Shown: positions 29,506 to 42,858, counted from the first letter of the stretch. The stretch: 64,000 bases of DNA from Dehalococcoidia bacterium (GCA_021157895.1 JAGGVQ010000006.1:8393-72392); one strand, 5' to 3'. The notes: generated by a model not told the origin, from the letters alone. Program-made: numbers and translations.

Positions 29506-30470
29506 ATGCAGGCGGTACAACAAGTAGAGATAGATGGTCAGGATTTCAAGAAAGCCCTAGAGGGAGCTAAAGATCGCATAGAGCAGCATATAGATGAACT
29601 TAACGAACTGAATGTGTTTCCTGTTCCCGATGGGGATACCGGCATCAATATGTTTATGACCATGAGGTCGGCGGTGGGGGAAGTAGAAGATTCCCCCGAG
29701 ACCTCCGTGGGGAAGGTCTCCAAGATGGCAGCCCGAGGAGCTCTTTTGGGAGCCCGGGGCAATTCGGGAGTTATTCTTTCGCAGATACTGAGAGGTATCT
29801 CCAAGGGGATAGGCGATAAGGAGAAAATCTCTCCCCATGATTGGGCACAGGCATTGAAGCTTGGCTCAGACGAGGCATATCGGCTTGTGGTGGAGCCTGC
29901 GGAAGGGACTATTCTCACGGTGATTCGAGAAGTTTCCGAAGCAGCCTCCAGGATGACAGAGAGGAAAGTTGGTTTCACCCGCGTTGTTGTATCCCTGGCC
30001 ACCCAGGCGAGGAAGACGGTTAAGAAAACGCCCGAGCTACTCCCTGTGTTAAAGCAAGCAGGGGTGGTGGATGCTGGAGCCAAGGGATTAATGTATTTCT
30101 TTGTTGGCGTTAAGGAATCTGTCTGCAGAAAAACTTCTTCCTCGAGGTCTCGCCCGGGTGTTTCTCCCAGAGTTTCGTGATAGTGAGGAAGGATATGGGT
30201 GATAGCAGGGAGCGAGTTTATGGATTTGATGTTCAGTTTATCCTCGAGGGGGAGAATTTGCCTCTGGAGGAGATAAAGAAGACAGTTCAGGCAGCAGGGC
30301 AGTATCCGCTGGTTGTGGGGGATGAGACGCTGCTCAGAGTTCATGTGCATACTCTTGATCCTGATGCCATAGTGAGTTACGGGCGCAGTAGAGGAAAGTT
30401 AAGCGACCTCGTTATCGAAGACCTGGACCTCCAGGCAGAGCAGAAAAAAAATAGAGGGGCTGGCAAATAA
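29506..30470 (+). pseudogene. fakA: DAK2-domain protein (FakA/YloV-like), frameshifted near 30115-30180 and missing roughly the C-terminal 200 aa seen in full-length homologues.
   Basis: Frame 1 gives a DAK2 domain (VPDGDTGINM...LPVLKQAGVVDAGAKGL) that ends in Ser/Arg-rich out-of-frame residues. Frame 0 continues with VVGDETLLRVHVHTLDPD...EDLDLQ, which matches the YloV middle region. fabF begins 22 nt after the stop. Confidence 0.6.
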
Positions 30471-30492
30471 GACTTGTGAGAAGGAAGATACT

Positions 30493-31740
30493 GTGACTCA
30501 GGTGACGAAGAGAAGAGTAGTGATTACGGGACTGGGGGCAGTGACGCCCCTGGGGACTGGGGTGGAGAAGTCCTGGCAAGCTTTGTGCCAGGGTAAATCT
30601 GGCGTAGCCAGGATCACCAAGTTTGACGCCAGTGATTTTAAGGCACAGATTGCCGCCGAGCTCAAAGATTTTCATCCTGAGGATTTTTTAGATCGGAGAA
30701 AGATTCGTCGCACTGATTCTTTCATTCAGTATAGCCTGGCAGCTACCAGGATGGCCCTTGATGATTCAGGGCTGGCTATTAACGCTGGCAATGCCGGCAG
30801 GGTGGGGAATGTGATAGGTACCTCTGTTGGTGGGATGCAGACATATGAGGACACCCTGTCTACCCTTCGGGACAGGGGGCCAGGTGCTGTTTCCCCTTTT
30901 TTTATCCTGGGATTTATTCCCAATATGCTGGGGGGAGAGATTTCTATCGCCTTTGGAAGCAAGGGGCCGAGCATGTGTGTGTCTAACGCCTGTGCGACGG
31001 GGAACTCTGCTATTGGGGAAGCTATGAGACTCATCCAGTATGGCGATGCGGATGCCATGATTGCTGGTGGTAGTGAAGCTTATATTATCCCGGTGGGAAT
31101 TGCCGGACTGGATAAAATGAGGGCGATATCCCGGAGGAATGATGAGCCTGAGAAAGCCAGCCGTCCCTTTGACAAGGAGAGGGATGGCTTTGTGCTTGGT
31201 GAAGGGGCTGCTACCCTTATTCTGGAGGAGATGGAAGCTGCAGTCAATCGGGGAGCCAGGATATATGCTGAACTGACAGGGTATGGCGCCAATATCGATG
31301 GTTTTCATGCTACAGAGCCTGATTGGGAAAGCCAGGCCAGGTGCATGAACTTGGCTTTAGCTGACGCGGGTATTTCTGCAGGTGATGTTGATTATATCAA
31401 TGCCCACGGCACATCTACTCCTCTCAATGATGTGAGTGAGACCCTGGCCATAAAGGCTGTTTTAGGGAGTCGGAGCAAGGATGTTCCCGTTAGCTCCAAT
31501 AAGTCTATGCTGGGACACTTGCTGGGAGCAGCGGGGGCTGTGGAGGCGGTGTTCACCGTGCTTACCATCAGGGATGGAATCATCCCTCCTACGATAAATC
31601 AAGAGACTCCTGATCCTGAGTGTGACCTGGATTATGTTCCCAACGTGGCGAGAAAGGCTAAGGTAGATGTAGCCATGTCCAACTCTTTTGGATTTGGAGG
31701 ACCTAACGCTATTCTTGTTTTCAGCAGGTTTCGCGAATAG
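30493..31740 (+). CDS. fabF: 3-oxoacyl-ACP synthase II.
   Basis: KAS-II active-site context, full length, and an N-terminal VVITGLGAVTPLG. Confidence 0.95.
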   Translation: MTQVTKRRVVITGLGAVTPLGTGVEKSWQALCQGKSGVARITKFDASDFKAQIAAELKDFHPEDFLDRRKIRRTDSFIQYSLAATRMALDDSGLAINAGNAGRVGNVIGTSVGGMQTYEDTLSTLRDRGPGAVSPFFILGFIPNMLGGEISIAFGSKGPSMCVSNACATGNSAIGEAMRLIQYGDADAMIAGGSEAYIIPVGIAGLDKMRAISRRNDEPEKASRPFDKERDGFVLGEGAATLILEEMEAAVNRGARIYAELTGYGANIDGFHATEPDWESQARCMNLALADAGISAGDVDYINAHGTSTPLNDVSETLAIKAVLGSRSKDVPVSSNKSMLGHLLGAAGAVEAVFTVLTIRDGIIPPTINQETPDPECDLDYVPNVARKAKVDVAMSNSFGFGGPNAILVFSRFRE

Positions 31741-32100
31741 TTTTCTGGGGCTGTGCCCTGAGCTGTTATTTTAAGCATAAGCTGCCCTTATACCTTTTTG
31801 GTGCATTGTCCCTGGCTCCCTGGTTTAATTGTGATTCCTTACTTTTCATGTTGTGCTGTTGACACCGTATACAAGGTATGTTACGTTTAAGTTGGCTCCA
31901 AGTAATTGAGTTGAGGTTGGTGGGGGAGGGTTGAGATACCGAGTAGGTAGAAGAGCCTGAGATAGGTGCTTACTGAAAGGGAAGGGAGAGCGAGGTTACT
32001 TGGAGTATTTCTGTGCCTGATATTTCTACTTTTTAGAAGATCAGGCATTTCTTCCTGCTATCGTATATAATGTAGCTTGTCTGTGACTATTAGCGGACTT

Positions 32101-32176
<76 letters not shown>

Positions 32177-32295
32177 TCAGTATCATATGTGGTAGCCTGT
32201 GAGGTCCATGGTGTGGTTTAGCATGGGGGTGCCCCACAAGTGCATGAGGAATACCAATTTTGCAGGGCAAGCATCCTTGACAGGGCGGATGTACA

Positions 32296-33672
32296 TTATT
32301 TATGTTCTTGTAATAGTTTATTGATGACATCAAGCATTTCTTGAGGGTTAAATGGCTTGGTGAAGTATTGATCAGCGCCTAACTCGGCACTAAGCTTGCG
32401 GTTTAATTCTTGATCTATAGCAGTTAGCATTATTATGGGAATTGACCTAGTTGCCGGGTTGGATTTAATTTCATGACATGCCTGCAGTCCATCTTTTTTA
32501 GGCATGAGAATATCCATGAGAATAACGGAAGGTGCTTCTCTTTGAGTAATTTCTACTGCCTCCTGGCCATTGGTTGCTTCGATGACAGTGTAGTCACTGC
32601 TCAGCATGCTTTTGGCTAGCATCCTGATGCTGGGCTCGTCATCTACGACTAATATTGTCTTCTTTTGTGGTACTAAATCAGCTGGTGCTAATTTAACAAA
32701 AGCCTTTGCAACAGTTGGATCAAATTGCTTACCAGTTCCATTGTCTATTTCGGCAAGTGCGGTCTCTCTGGACAACGCGGCTCGATATGGCCGAGCGGAT
32801 GTCATAGCATCGTACGCATCGGCTACAGACACAATCCTGGCAAGAAATGGAATGTTCTCCCCCCTGAGATTCTGATTAAGTCCGTTGCCATCGTAACGAT
32901 CGTGGTGATGTTCGATTATCCCAAGTATGTCTTTATTGGCAATTACTGTTCCTACTATACTGGCTCCCACTACGGTATGTGTCATGACATGGGTGTACTC
33001 TTCACGTGTCAACTTGCGAGGCTTATTGATAATGCATGGGTCTACGGCAATCTTACCGATGTCATGAAGCATACTGCCCCAACGAAGGTTTTCCATCTCT
33101 TCGTTGCTTAGATGTAGTGCGCTCCCGATGGCTAGGGAAAATTCAGTTACCCTGCGGGAATGCCCGGCAGTATATCTATCGTTGGCTTCCAGTGCGAAAG
33201 ACAGAGACCTCATAGCCCCAAGAGAAGTTTTACGAATCTGCTTTGCCTGTTCCTCAACTTTATTCTCTAAATGTTGTTTGTATTCTTGCAGGTCGCGTTC
33301 AAGCCTTCTTTTTTCCAGGGCTCTCTTTACACTCTGGATGACCACGTCGAGGTTGAATGGCTTGGTTATGTAGTCGTAAGCGCCCTGCCTGATAGTTTCA
33401 ATAGCAGTACCTATATCCTGGCTGGCGGTGGCCATGATAACCATGATGTCGGGATAGCATTCCTTGATTTGTGAGAGTAACTTGGTACCTGGTTGGTCTG
33501 GCATCACGATATCCAGAAGCACAAGGTCCACAGGGCTATTTTTTATCTGTTCTAGGGCTTGATCGGCAGTTGCTGCTTCCTCGCAGTGATATCCCTGCTT
33601 CTCCAGGATATGATGTAAGAGATTCCTGATGTTTTCCTCATCATCGACTATAAGAATGTTTCCCTTCTTCAT
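32296..33672 (-). CDS. Response regulator with REC - HD-GYP-like - REC architecture. The GYP motif is degenerate: it reads HHDRYDGNGLNQ.
   Basis: Two receiver domains (DDEEN...LDIVMPD and DDEPS...MDILMPKKDG) flank an HD domain (MLHDIGK, HHDRYDG). Confidence 0.8.
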   Translation of the reverse strand: MKKGNILIVDDEENIRNLLHHILEKQGYHCEEAATADQALEQIKNSPVDLVLLDIVMPDQPGTKLLSQIKECYPDIMVIMATASQDIGTAIETIRQGAYDYITKPFNLDVVIQSVKRALEKRRLERDLQEYKQHLENKVEEQAKQIRKTSLGAMRSLSFALEANDRYTAGHSRRVTEFSLAIGSALHLSNEEMENLRWGSMLHDIGKIAVDPCIINKPRKLTREEYTHVMTHTVVGASIVGTVIANKDILGIIEHHHDRYDGNGLNQNLRGENIPFLARIVSVADAYDAMTSARPYRAALSRETALAEIDNGTGKQFDPTVAKAFVKLAPADLVPQKKTILVVDDEPSIRMLAKSMLSSDYTVIEATNGQEAVEITQREAPSVILMDILMPKKDGLQACHEIKSNPATRSIPIIMLTAIDQELNRKLSAELGADQYFTKPFNPQEMLDVINKLLQEHK

Positions 33673-33973
33673 AACTAAGTTTAATCTAAGATAGAGGAGT
33701 TGAGCATCGCCTATTGGTACTGAAATGAAGAGGGAATTTAGTACTAGGGATTATGTGAGACACAGAGCACAGGTTTAGGGGGAGCAAGCAGCCAGAAGCG
33801 TACGACCTGGATTTGTTCCTATTAAGAAAAGCTAGGGGGCTTTGCGTGGGAGTAGTGTTAAAAGTGAGGGATAATACTGCTTCACATGTAGGCTAGGTAT
33901 TTTATAGGACGTGTATTTATCTACTCGAGGCTTTGTCCACTGTAGCTGTATATGGCATAATGTAACGGCCTGT

Positions 33974-34062
33974 GGAGGGATCGCATAGAGGTCTAGTGCG
34001 GGCGCCTGCTAAGCGCTTACTCCGAGCAATCGGGGTCGTGGGTTCAAATCCCACTCCCTCCG
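33974..34062 (+). tRNA. tRNA-Ser (anticodon GCT) with a long variable arm. No CCA is encoded.
   Basis: Acceptor GGAGGGA/TCCCTCC, anticodon loop CUGCUAA, a long extra arm and T-loop GGTTCAAATCC. Confidence 0.85.
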
Positions 34063-35138
34063 CCGTTCTTCAGCTTTCCCTTCAGAAAATCGATTGCCTT
34101 CACTGGCGTGGGGTCAGTTCCATATAGCATGGCCAGATAATAGCTTGTCCAGTCACCGAGAAATACCAGGCTCATCATCTGGCTCAGGTCGTCAGTTCCC
34201 TTACTGTTGACTATCTGGTGTTCCACTCCGGCGTTGCTCAGCATCTGGCTGGTTATCGTGTAGCGTGCCTGTATCCTTGGGTGTAGCGAGGGACACCGCA
34301 GCAGAATCACATATATGTCAGGTGACATTTCGTGAGGGAATTCGTACCCGACTACGGAATTATGGTTGAGCTCGGATAAGGTTTCATAGAAGGCCCATGC
34401 CTTGCTGTTTTCGTTGAATTGTCCTTTCCATCTTCGAGCTACCGGTGATAGCGTGCCTGCCCCGTATATCACAATAATTTTTCCTGCCAGTTTCTGTGCC
34501 AGCTGCTTGGCAGGGTTAGCAGATTCAGGAACATTCTCTGCCAGATCTGCTAGGGAAGATTCCAGAATTTGAGCCATTTCCTGCACCTCCTGGGATTTAT
34601 CGGGCAGAAAGCTTAGTTGAGAGAGTAAGGCGATAAGAGGAATGAAGCTGTATCCCAGGGCAGCTCGTGGCGCTGAAATGTAATCTATGGTGAATGTGGG
34701 TATTCCATTATCCCGCGCTAACTGTTTTACCTTACCATTGGTGGTGAAGGCTACTTTCTTGCAATCTGTCTTCAGGGCTTGCTGGAAGGCAGAGAGAGTT
34801 TCCTCGGTGTTTCCTGAGTAGCTGGAGATGACTACCAGTGTTTTATCATCGGCCCACGAAGGTAAGCCGTATTCGCGGTTGACGAAGACTAGGGGTTTAT
34901 TCAGTCTGGATGTCAAACTGCGGAGAAGGTCGCCACCAATAGCGGAACCCCCCATGCCACAAATCACGATTTTATTGATGTCCTGGAATTCGCGGGGCAA
35001 ATGTAGCTCATTGGCTTTATTCCAGGCTTGCCTGATCTGCTGTGGCAAGTTGTGCAGGTGAGTGCGCATGCCGTCGGGGTCATATCGTTGGTATGTCTCT
35101 GCTTGGTCCAGATTTATCCTGTTGCTATATGCGGACAA
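34044..35138 (-). CDS. Bifunctional phosphoglucose/phosphomannose isomerase (SIS-domain type).
   Basis: SIS-domain motifs (GMGGSAIGGDL). The 3' end overlaps tRNA-Ser by 19 nt on the opposite strand. Confidence 0.75.
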   Translation of the reverse strand: MSAYSNRINLDQAETYQRYDPDGMRTHLHNLPQQIRQAWNKANELHLPREFQDINKIVICGMGGSAIGGDLLRSLTSRLNKPLVFVNREYGLPSWADDKTLVVISSYSGNTEETLSAFQQALKTDCKKVAFTTNGKVKQLARDNGIPTFTIDYISAPRAALGYSFIPLIALLSQLSFLPDKSQEVQEMAQILESSLADLAENVPESANPAKQLAQKLAGKIIVIYGAGTLSPVARRWKGQFNENSKAWAFYETLSELNHNSVVGYEFPHEMSPDIYVILLRCPSLHPRIQARYTITSQMLSNAGVEHQIVNSKGTDDLSQMMSLVFLGDWTSYYLAMLYGTDPTPVKAIDFLKGKLKNGGGSGI

Positions 35139-36552
35139 TTTTCCTGCCCTCCCCTAATAGTTTGACCACTTTATCAGGGCTTTCCGCTTCAGCATAGATG
35201 CGAACCAGCGGCTCGGTACCAGAAAATCTAATGAGTAGCCAGGATTTGTTTTCCAGATAGAATCGGAAGCCGTCAGCAGTATTGACTTTGGTTACTTTGA
35301 TGCTACCCACGGAGTCGGGAGGGTTTGTGGTTAACTGATTGGTAATGGATTGGCGCTTATCCCGACCTATGGTGATATCGATACGGTCATAAAAGTGGGG
35401 GCCAACCTTGCTGTAGAGGTAGTCCAGCAATTGTGATGGGGTTTTTCCTGTTTTGGCCATGAAATCGATGAAATATAGCCCGGCAAGAATGCCATCTCTC
35501 TCGGGGATGTGGCCTTTGAAGCCGTAACCACCACTCTCCTCCCCACCAATCAGGGCATTTTCCCTGAGTATTACTGGGGCAACATATTTGAAGCCAACAG
35601 GTGTTTCGTATACCGGGACATCAAATATTTCGCCCAGCTTGGCGATCATATCAGTTGATGTCAGTGTCTTAACCATGGCGCCTCGCTCGCCGCGAATCTC
35701 TAGCAAATACAGGCATAACAGGGCGAAAACTTGGTGCTGATTCAAGAATTTGCCATGTTCATCTATAATCCCCAGGCGATCAGCATCCCCGTCGGTCGCG
35801 AGGCCGACATTGGCTTTTTGTTTTACCACCAGCTTTGATAATCGGCTCAAGTTTTTTGCGATGGGCTCCGGCTGGATTCCGGGGAACAAGGGGTTTCTCT
35901 CGTTGTTGATTTCCCACAGTGTGATGTTTCCATCACTTAGCAACGTTTTGAAGTAGCCAATTCCGGCACCATACATGGGGTCAATTGCTATTGTTATCTG
36001 ATGGCTTAGCAACTCCTTTACATCCACCAGCTTATTTATTTGTTTAAAGTATGCTGGTGATGGGTCAAGATAGTTTATTAACCTCTGGTTAACTCCCTTA
36101 TCGATAGCTAGCCTTTTTATTTTCCTATCGTGGGAGATGCGGGCGATGTTTGCCTCTATTTGATTGGTGACCTCGACAGGAGCGCTGGCCCCATCCTGTG
36201 ACTTGTACTTCAGTCCGTTCCATGCCCCGGGATTATGACTGGCAGTGATGATGATAGCTCCAGCAGCCTTAGTTTTTCCCACTGTATAGCTTACTACGGG
36301 GGTTGGTGCTGGTTTGGAGCACAGGTAGACTGTTATGTCATTGCCGGCAATTATTTCTGCGGCGGCAGCGGCGAAGTTCTCCGAGCCAAAGCGCGTATCA
36401 TAGCCAATTACCAGACCCTGTTCTCCCAGTTCTCCTGCCTTGAGGTAATCGGCTATCCCTTGGGCGCACAAGCGCACATTGTCAAAGGTAAAGTCCTCGG
36501 CGATTATGGCTCTCCAGCCATCGGTGCCAAACTTAATCTCTGCTTTAGCCAT
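35125..36552 (-). CDS. Phosphohexomutase (phosphoglucomutase/phosphomannomutase family).
   Basis: GTDGWR N-terminus, the active-site TASHNP motif and full length. Confidence 0.85.
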   Translation of the reverse strand: MAKAEIKFGTDGWRAIIAEDFTFDNVRLCAQGIADYLKAGELGEQGLVIGYDTRFGSENFAAAAAEIIAGNDITVYLCSKPAPTPVVSYTVGKTKAAGAIIITASHNPGAWNGLKYKSQDGASAPVEVTNQIEANIARISHDRKIKRLAIDKGVNQRLINYLDPSPAYFKQINKLVDVKELLSHQITIAIDPMYGAGIGYFKTLLSDGNITLWEINNERNPLFPGIQPEPIAKNLSRLSKLVVKQKANVGLATDGDADRLGIIDEHGKFLNQHQVFALLCLYLLEIRGERGAMVKTLTSTDMIAKLGEIFDVPVYETPVGFKYVAPVILRENALIGGEESGGYGFKGHIPERDGILAGLYFIDFMAKTGKTPSQLLDYLYSKVGPHFYDRIDITIGRDKRQSITNQLTTNPPDSVGSIKVTKVNTADGFRFYLENKSWLLIRFSGTEPLVRIYAEAESPDKVVKLLGEGRKIVRI

Positions 36553-36631
36553 ATAGCTTCACTCTCTAGCTATAAATTATAACAGATAGTAGCAATAGCA
36601 TAGCTAACAAGCAGTCATCATTGATCTTGGC

Positions 36632-37840
36632 TTATAGTCCTGCATCAGTGTGTAAGGCCTCGACCATGTCTGTCTTTTCCCAGGGCAAGTCCAGGTCTTC
36701 CCGTCCAAAGTGGCCGTAGGCAGATACCTGGCGATACATAGGGCGACGCAAGCCCAGTTTGTCTATGATAGCCTGGGGGCGAAAGTCGAAGTGCTTTTTC
36801 ACGAGGTGTAATATTGCCTCGTCGGGCATTTTACCTGTTCCTGATGTTTCGATGGATATTGATAGGGGGTGTGCCTTGCCGATGGTATAGGCCACCTGAA
36901 TTTCCAATGAGTCAGCCAGTCCTGCTGCCACGATGTTCTTGGCCGCGTACCTGGCCATGTAACTGGCGGAGCGATCTACTTTAGAGGGATCCTTGCCGGA
37001 GAAGCAGCCGCCACCGTTTCGGCAGGCGCTCCCGTAGGTATCCACTATTATCTTTCGCCCCGTGAATCCTGTGTCTGACACTGGTCCTCCAATACTGAAT
37101 TCACCAGCACTGTTGATATAAATTTGAGTATCTTTTCTCATTAGCTCAGGTGTAATGGTCTTATTGATAACTTCCTGGATCAGGTCGCGCTCGATTACCT
37201 TATGTTCCACTCCGGGGTCGTGTTGGGCAGCAACTACAATGGAAACTACCTTTCTGGGCTTGCCCTGGCTATATTCTACGGTTATCTGTGATTTACCATC
37301 GGGACGCAGATAAGGTATCGTTCCATCCTTTCTTACCTGGGCCAGTCGGCGACATATTTTATGTGCTAGGGAGATAGGCAAGGGCATGAGCTCTGGCGTC
37401 TCTCGACAGGCGAAGCCCGCCACCATCCCCTGATCTCCAGCCCCAGTTTTATCTTGTTCATCTTTGGCATCTCCGCTCCTGACTTCCAGGGAGGAGTTAA
37501 CTCCATCGGAGATATTGCTTGACTGTTCCTTGACCGATACCAGGATGCCACAGTTCTGGTAGTTGAATCCATATTCCGGATGGGTATAGCCAGCTTCCTT
37601 GATAACCTGGCGCGCGATATCAGGAATGTCTATGTAGCAGTCACAGGTAATCTCTCCCATAACTATGACCAGTCCCATGGCAACAGCCACCTCGCAGGCA
37701 ACACGGCCCATGGGATCCTTCGCCAGTATAGAGTCGAGGATGGCATCTGATATCTGGTCGCAGAGTTTATCGGGATGTCCTTCAGTGACAGATTCCGAGG
37801 TAAACAAATATGAGTCTGACTTATTAAATGTATTGGTCAT
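36632..37840 (-). CDS. metK: S-adenosylmethionine synthase.
   Basis: [22 protein letters not shown] signature. Confidence 0.97.
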   Translation of the reverse strand: MTNTFNKSDSYLFTSESVTEGHPDKLCDQISDAILDSILAKDPMGRVACEVAVAMGLVIVMGEITCDCYIDIPDIARQVIKEAGYTHPEYGFNYQNCGILVSVKEQSSNISDGVNSSLEVRSGDAKDEQDKTGAGDQGMVAGFACRETPELMPLPISLAHKICRRLAQVRKDGTIPYLRPDGKSQITVEYSQGKPRKVVSIVVAAQHDPGVEHKVIERDLIQEVINKTITPELMRKDTQIYINSAGEFSIGGPVSDTGFTGRKIIVDTYGSACRNGGGCFSGKDPSKVDRSASYMARYAAKNIVAAGLADSLEIQVAYTIGKAHPLSISIETSGTGKMPDEAILHLVKKHFDFRPQAIIDKLGLRRPMYRQVSAYGHFGREDLDLPWEKTDMVEALHTDAGL

Positions 37841-37847
37841 TTTTCCT

Positions 37848-40657
<2,810 letters not shown>

Positions 40658-40674
40658 TGTCTATTATCCTTAAA

Positions 40675-41196
40675 TCATAATTGGAGCCTTGGTTGACACT
40701 TGGCACAGAATATAGCTTTCTTGTAATCAGTATCCGCCAGGCTATTAGAGAAGTGCATGATGCACCTGGAATTGGGGCAATGCCCCAGCCCGAAGGTGTG
40801 TCCTAATTCATGGACTATTTCCTTGGTGGCCCTCTCCAGACACAGAGCCTCATCGCGAGGCAGGCCATAGTATTCCTGTCTCAAGCGACAAAGGGATATT
40901 ACGGTGGTATGAGAGAGTATATTCGCTTGGCCAAAGACAAAGCTGAACCTGGGAGCGTACAGGTCGACTTCAGTAATGCCTATGACCCGGTCATCATCTC
41001 CCCCCCCTTTTTTATCCAGCAAGGAAATTAGATCTGTAGCGAGATATTGATTTCGTTCTGCATTATAGGCATGCTCGGGAACTGCTATGGCCGACTCTAT
41101 GTTCACGGGGCACCCGAAAATATGGCTTGTTCTGGTCTTTAGTTGGCCCATGATATCCTGTGCTATATCACCCAGTGGCACCAAATTTATCCTCAT
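40675..41196 (-). CDS. amzA: Archaemetzincin-family zinc metallopeptidase.
   Basis: HELGHTFGLGHC...C...C...C signature (HEXXHXXGX3C plus a CxxC tail). Confidence 0.85.
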   Translation of the reverse strand: MRINLVPLGDIAQDIMGQLKTRTSHIFGCPVNIESAIAVPEHAYNAERNQYLATDLISLLDKKGGGDDDRVIGITEVDLYAPRFSFVFGQANILSHTTVISLCRLRQEYYGLPRDEALCLERATKEIVHELGHTFGLGHCPNSRCIMHFSNSLADTDYKKAIFCAKCQPRLQL

Positions 41197-41696
41197 TGTG
41201 TTTCCAGCCAGATCAGGATTTCTGCCAGCACTTGCCTGTGGTTGTTCTCTGTGACCTGTAGGGTTTTAACTCCAGGGAGATTTTTAATTTTCACAGCGAA
41301 GGGGTGGTAACCTGACATAATAGTTCCCAATATCTTGATATTACTGCTCATCGCTTGGGTTACTGCTTGTTGGAATTCTTCTGAGAGAAGCTCCATCTTG
41401 CCGATTTCATCAATCACGATAAGGCTATTTCCCTGTGTTGCCTGGCGTAATGCTGTCACTCCCACCCTGTTAAAATTGTTGATATAAACACCATATTTAC
41501 CTACTCGATGCGGGCTTGGGCTGTCAACATGTGCCAGAATAGCACTCTGACCATCAAGAGTAACGATGCGGAATCCCTGCCGCGAACTCCCTGTGCGTAT
41601 TTCCTCGGTGTAAAAACCACCGCACTTAATTGAGGTGGAGTCCAGAACTTCCTTGACCAGAATGGTTTTACCTGTGCCTGGCCTGCCGGTTAACAA
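41193..41696 (-). CDS. THEP1-type nucleoside-triphosphatase (archaeal-like).
   Basis: TGRPGTGKT P-loop, GFYTEEIR...GFRIVTLDG and DEIGKMEL motifs matching the THEP1/MJ1559 family. It has a TTG start and overlaps amzA by 4 nt. Confidence 0.8.
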   Translation of the reverse strand: MLTGRPGTGKTILVKEVLDSTSIKCGGFYTEEIRTGSSRQGFRIVTLDGQSAILAHVDSPSPHRVGKYGVYINNFNRVGVTALRQATQGNSLIVIDEIGKMELLSEEFQQAVTQAMSSNIKILGTIMSGYHPFAVKIKNLPGVKTLQVTENNHRQVLAEILIWLETQ

Positions 41697-41710
41697 CAGG
41701 GCGTGGGCGC

Positions 41711-41830
41711 TTATTTATCCGCACCCTCCTGGCTGTCAACTGGTTGTGTTGCTGCCAGCTTTCTCTTGTTTTCCAGCTTCTTCGCACGTCGGAGGTGCTT
41801 CATTTTTGCCATTCGTTTGGCTTTATTCAT
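41711..41830 (-). CDS. Unannotated 39-aa strongly basic ORF: MNKAKRMAKMKHLRRAKKLENKRKLAATQPVDSQEGADK.
   Basis: Its ATG overlaps the TGA stop of the upstream gene (ATGA). It exactly fills the gap between the MetE-like gene and the NTPase, and it is below the ORF-track length cut-off. Confidence 0.4.
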   Translation of the reverse strand: MNKAKRMAKMKHLRRAKKLENKRKLAATQPVDSQEGADK

Positions 41831-42858
41831 TCTACATACTTCTCTCTCATGCTAGCAGATAGCTCTGCCAGTATATGTAATGCTTCGCTTGCCGCCTCTG
41901 TGGACATACCGGCTAATCCCGATGAAGGGGTTAGCAGGCTCTGAGCTACGACTTGCCTGAAGTTGATGCCATCCCTGGTGAAGGGAAGCATCGCTTCGCT
42001 GAGGCGGTCTCTCAAGCTCGCCACGGATTCTTCTGCCAGCTTATCTTCCTCGTGTGGGACTATTCCCCACCCGATTACCCCTCCACGCTTGAGGAAGGAT
42101 ACTACCTCGCTGGGATAAGCCTCCAGGGAACTGGCATTGTTATAAGTGTCGAAGCTCAGGATATCGATGCTTGTGGCGAGGAGAAGTGGCCAGTTGGCAT
42201 CTCCACAGCAATAGATTCCTTTTATGCCCTTGATACCCTGCAGCACTTCCTCCAGCAAGCTGGTAACTATTTCCGGAGGAATGATAGTTGAATCCAGGGA
42301 TGTGAGGCGAGGTTCATCAATAAATATTATGGGATGGAGAGCTGCCTCATTCAGAACGTTATCCTGCCAAGCAGCCTTTAAGCGCAAAAACTTGGCTATG
42401 ACTGGAGCTAAGACCTGGTTGTAAATGATAGCTTTGCCGTTATTATCCTTAATTGTTAGACCCCATGATATTGGGCCAGTAACTTGTCCTTTAACCCACT
42501 CTAGGCCTGAGGCGTTGGACAGGAAGAAATGAAGTCCTTCAGCATAGTCCTCAGACATACTGTATTTGCCAAATACCTCTTGTTTTGCGTCATCCTGTAT
42601 CTGGTTTAGGAGGGCAGTGAAATTTGATGGGGGTTCGATATATGCTTTGTCCTCTATTACTACAGCTCCCGGAAAACCCTCGCTAAATTGGACATACATG
42701 TTTTCTGTGAAGGTGCGGTTGGGTAGCTGGGGCCATGCAGGAATTTCGGGCAGGTACCTCATAATAGTTGAATATGCCTCTATCACGTCAGTATGTGGCA
42801 TACAGCCAAGCGCCGTTGGCAGACAATTAAACTCTTGTTCAGACATTGTTTCCTCCAT
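41827..42858 (-). CDS. Short (343-aa) URO-D/CIMS-superfamily protein resembling the cobalamin-independent methionine synthase catalytic domain (archaeal-type short MetE).
   Basis: IIFIDEP and CCGD motifs aligned to the MetE C-terminal zinc site. It sits inside the methionine/SAM-cycle cluster. Confidence 0.5.
   Translation of the reverse strand: MEETMSEQEFNCLPTALGCMPHTDVIEAYSTIMRYLPEIPAWPQLPNRTFTENMYVQFSEGFPGAVVIEDKAYIEPPSNFTALLNQIQDDAKQEVFGKYSMSEDYAEGLHFFLSNASGLEWVKGQVTGPISWGLTIKDNNGKAIIYNQVLAPVIAKFLRLKAAWQDNVLNEAALHPIIFIDEPRLTSLDSTIIPPEIVTSLLEEVLQGIKGIKGIYCCGDANWPLLLATSIDILSFDTYNNASSLEAYPSEVVSFLKRGGVIGWGIVPHEEDKLAEESVASLRDRLSEAMLPFTRDGINFRQVVAQSLLTPSSGLAGMSTEAASEALHILAELSASMREKYVE

Noticed and set aside
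28933-31308. Long minus-strand ORFs (28933-29523, 29538-30350, 30726-31308) opposite degV, fakA and fabF.
   Set aside because: These are antisense to well-supported genes and have Pro/Ser/Arg-rich compositions.
36553-36631. SAM riboswitch upstream of metK, and also upstream of mtnA at 45070-45182.
   Set aside because: The gaps are only about 80-110 nt and lack the conserved SAM-I or SAM-II cores.
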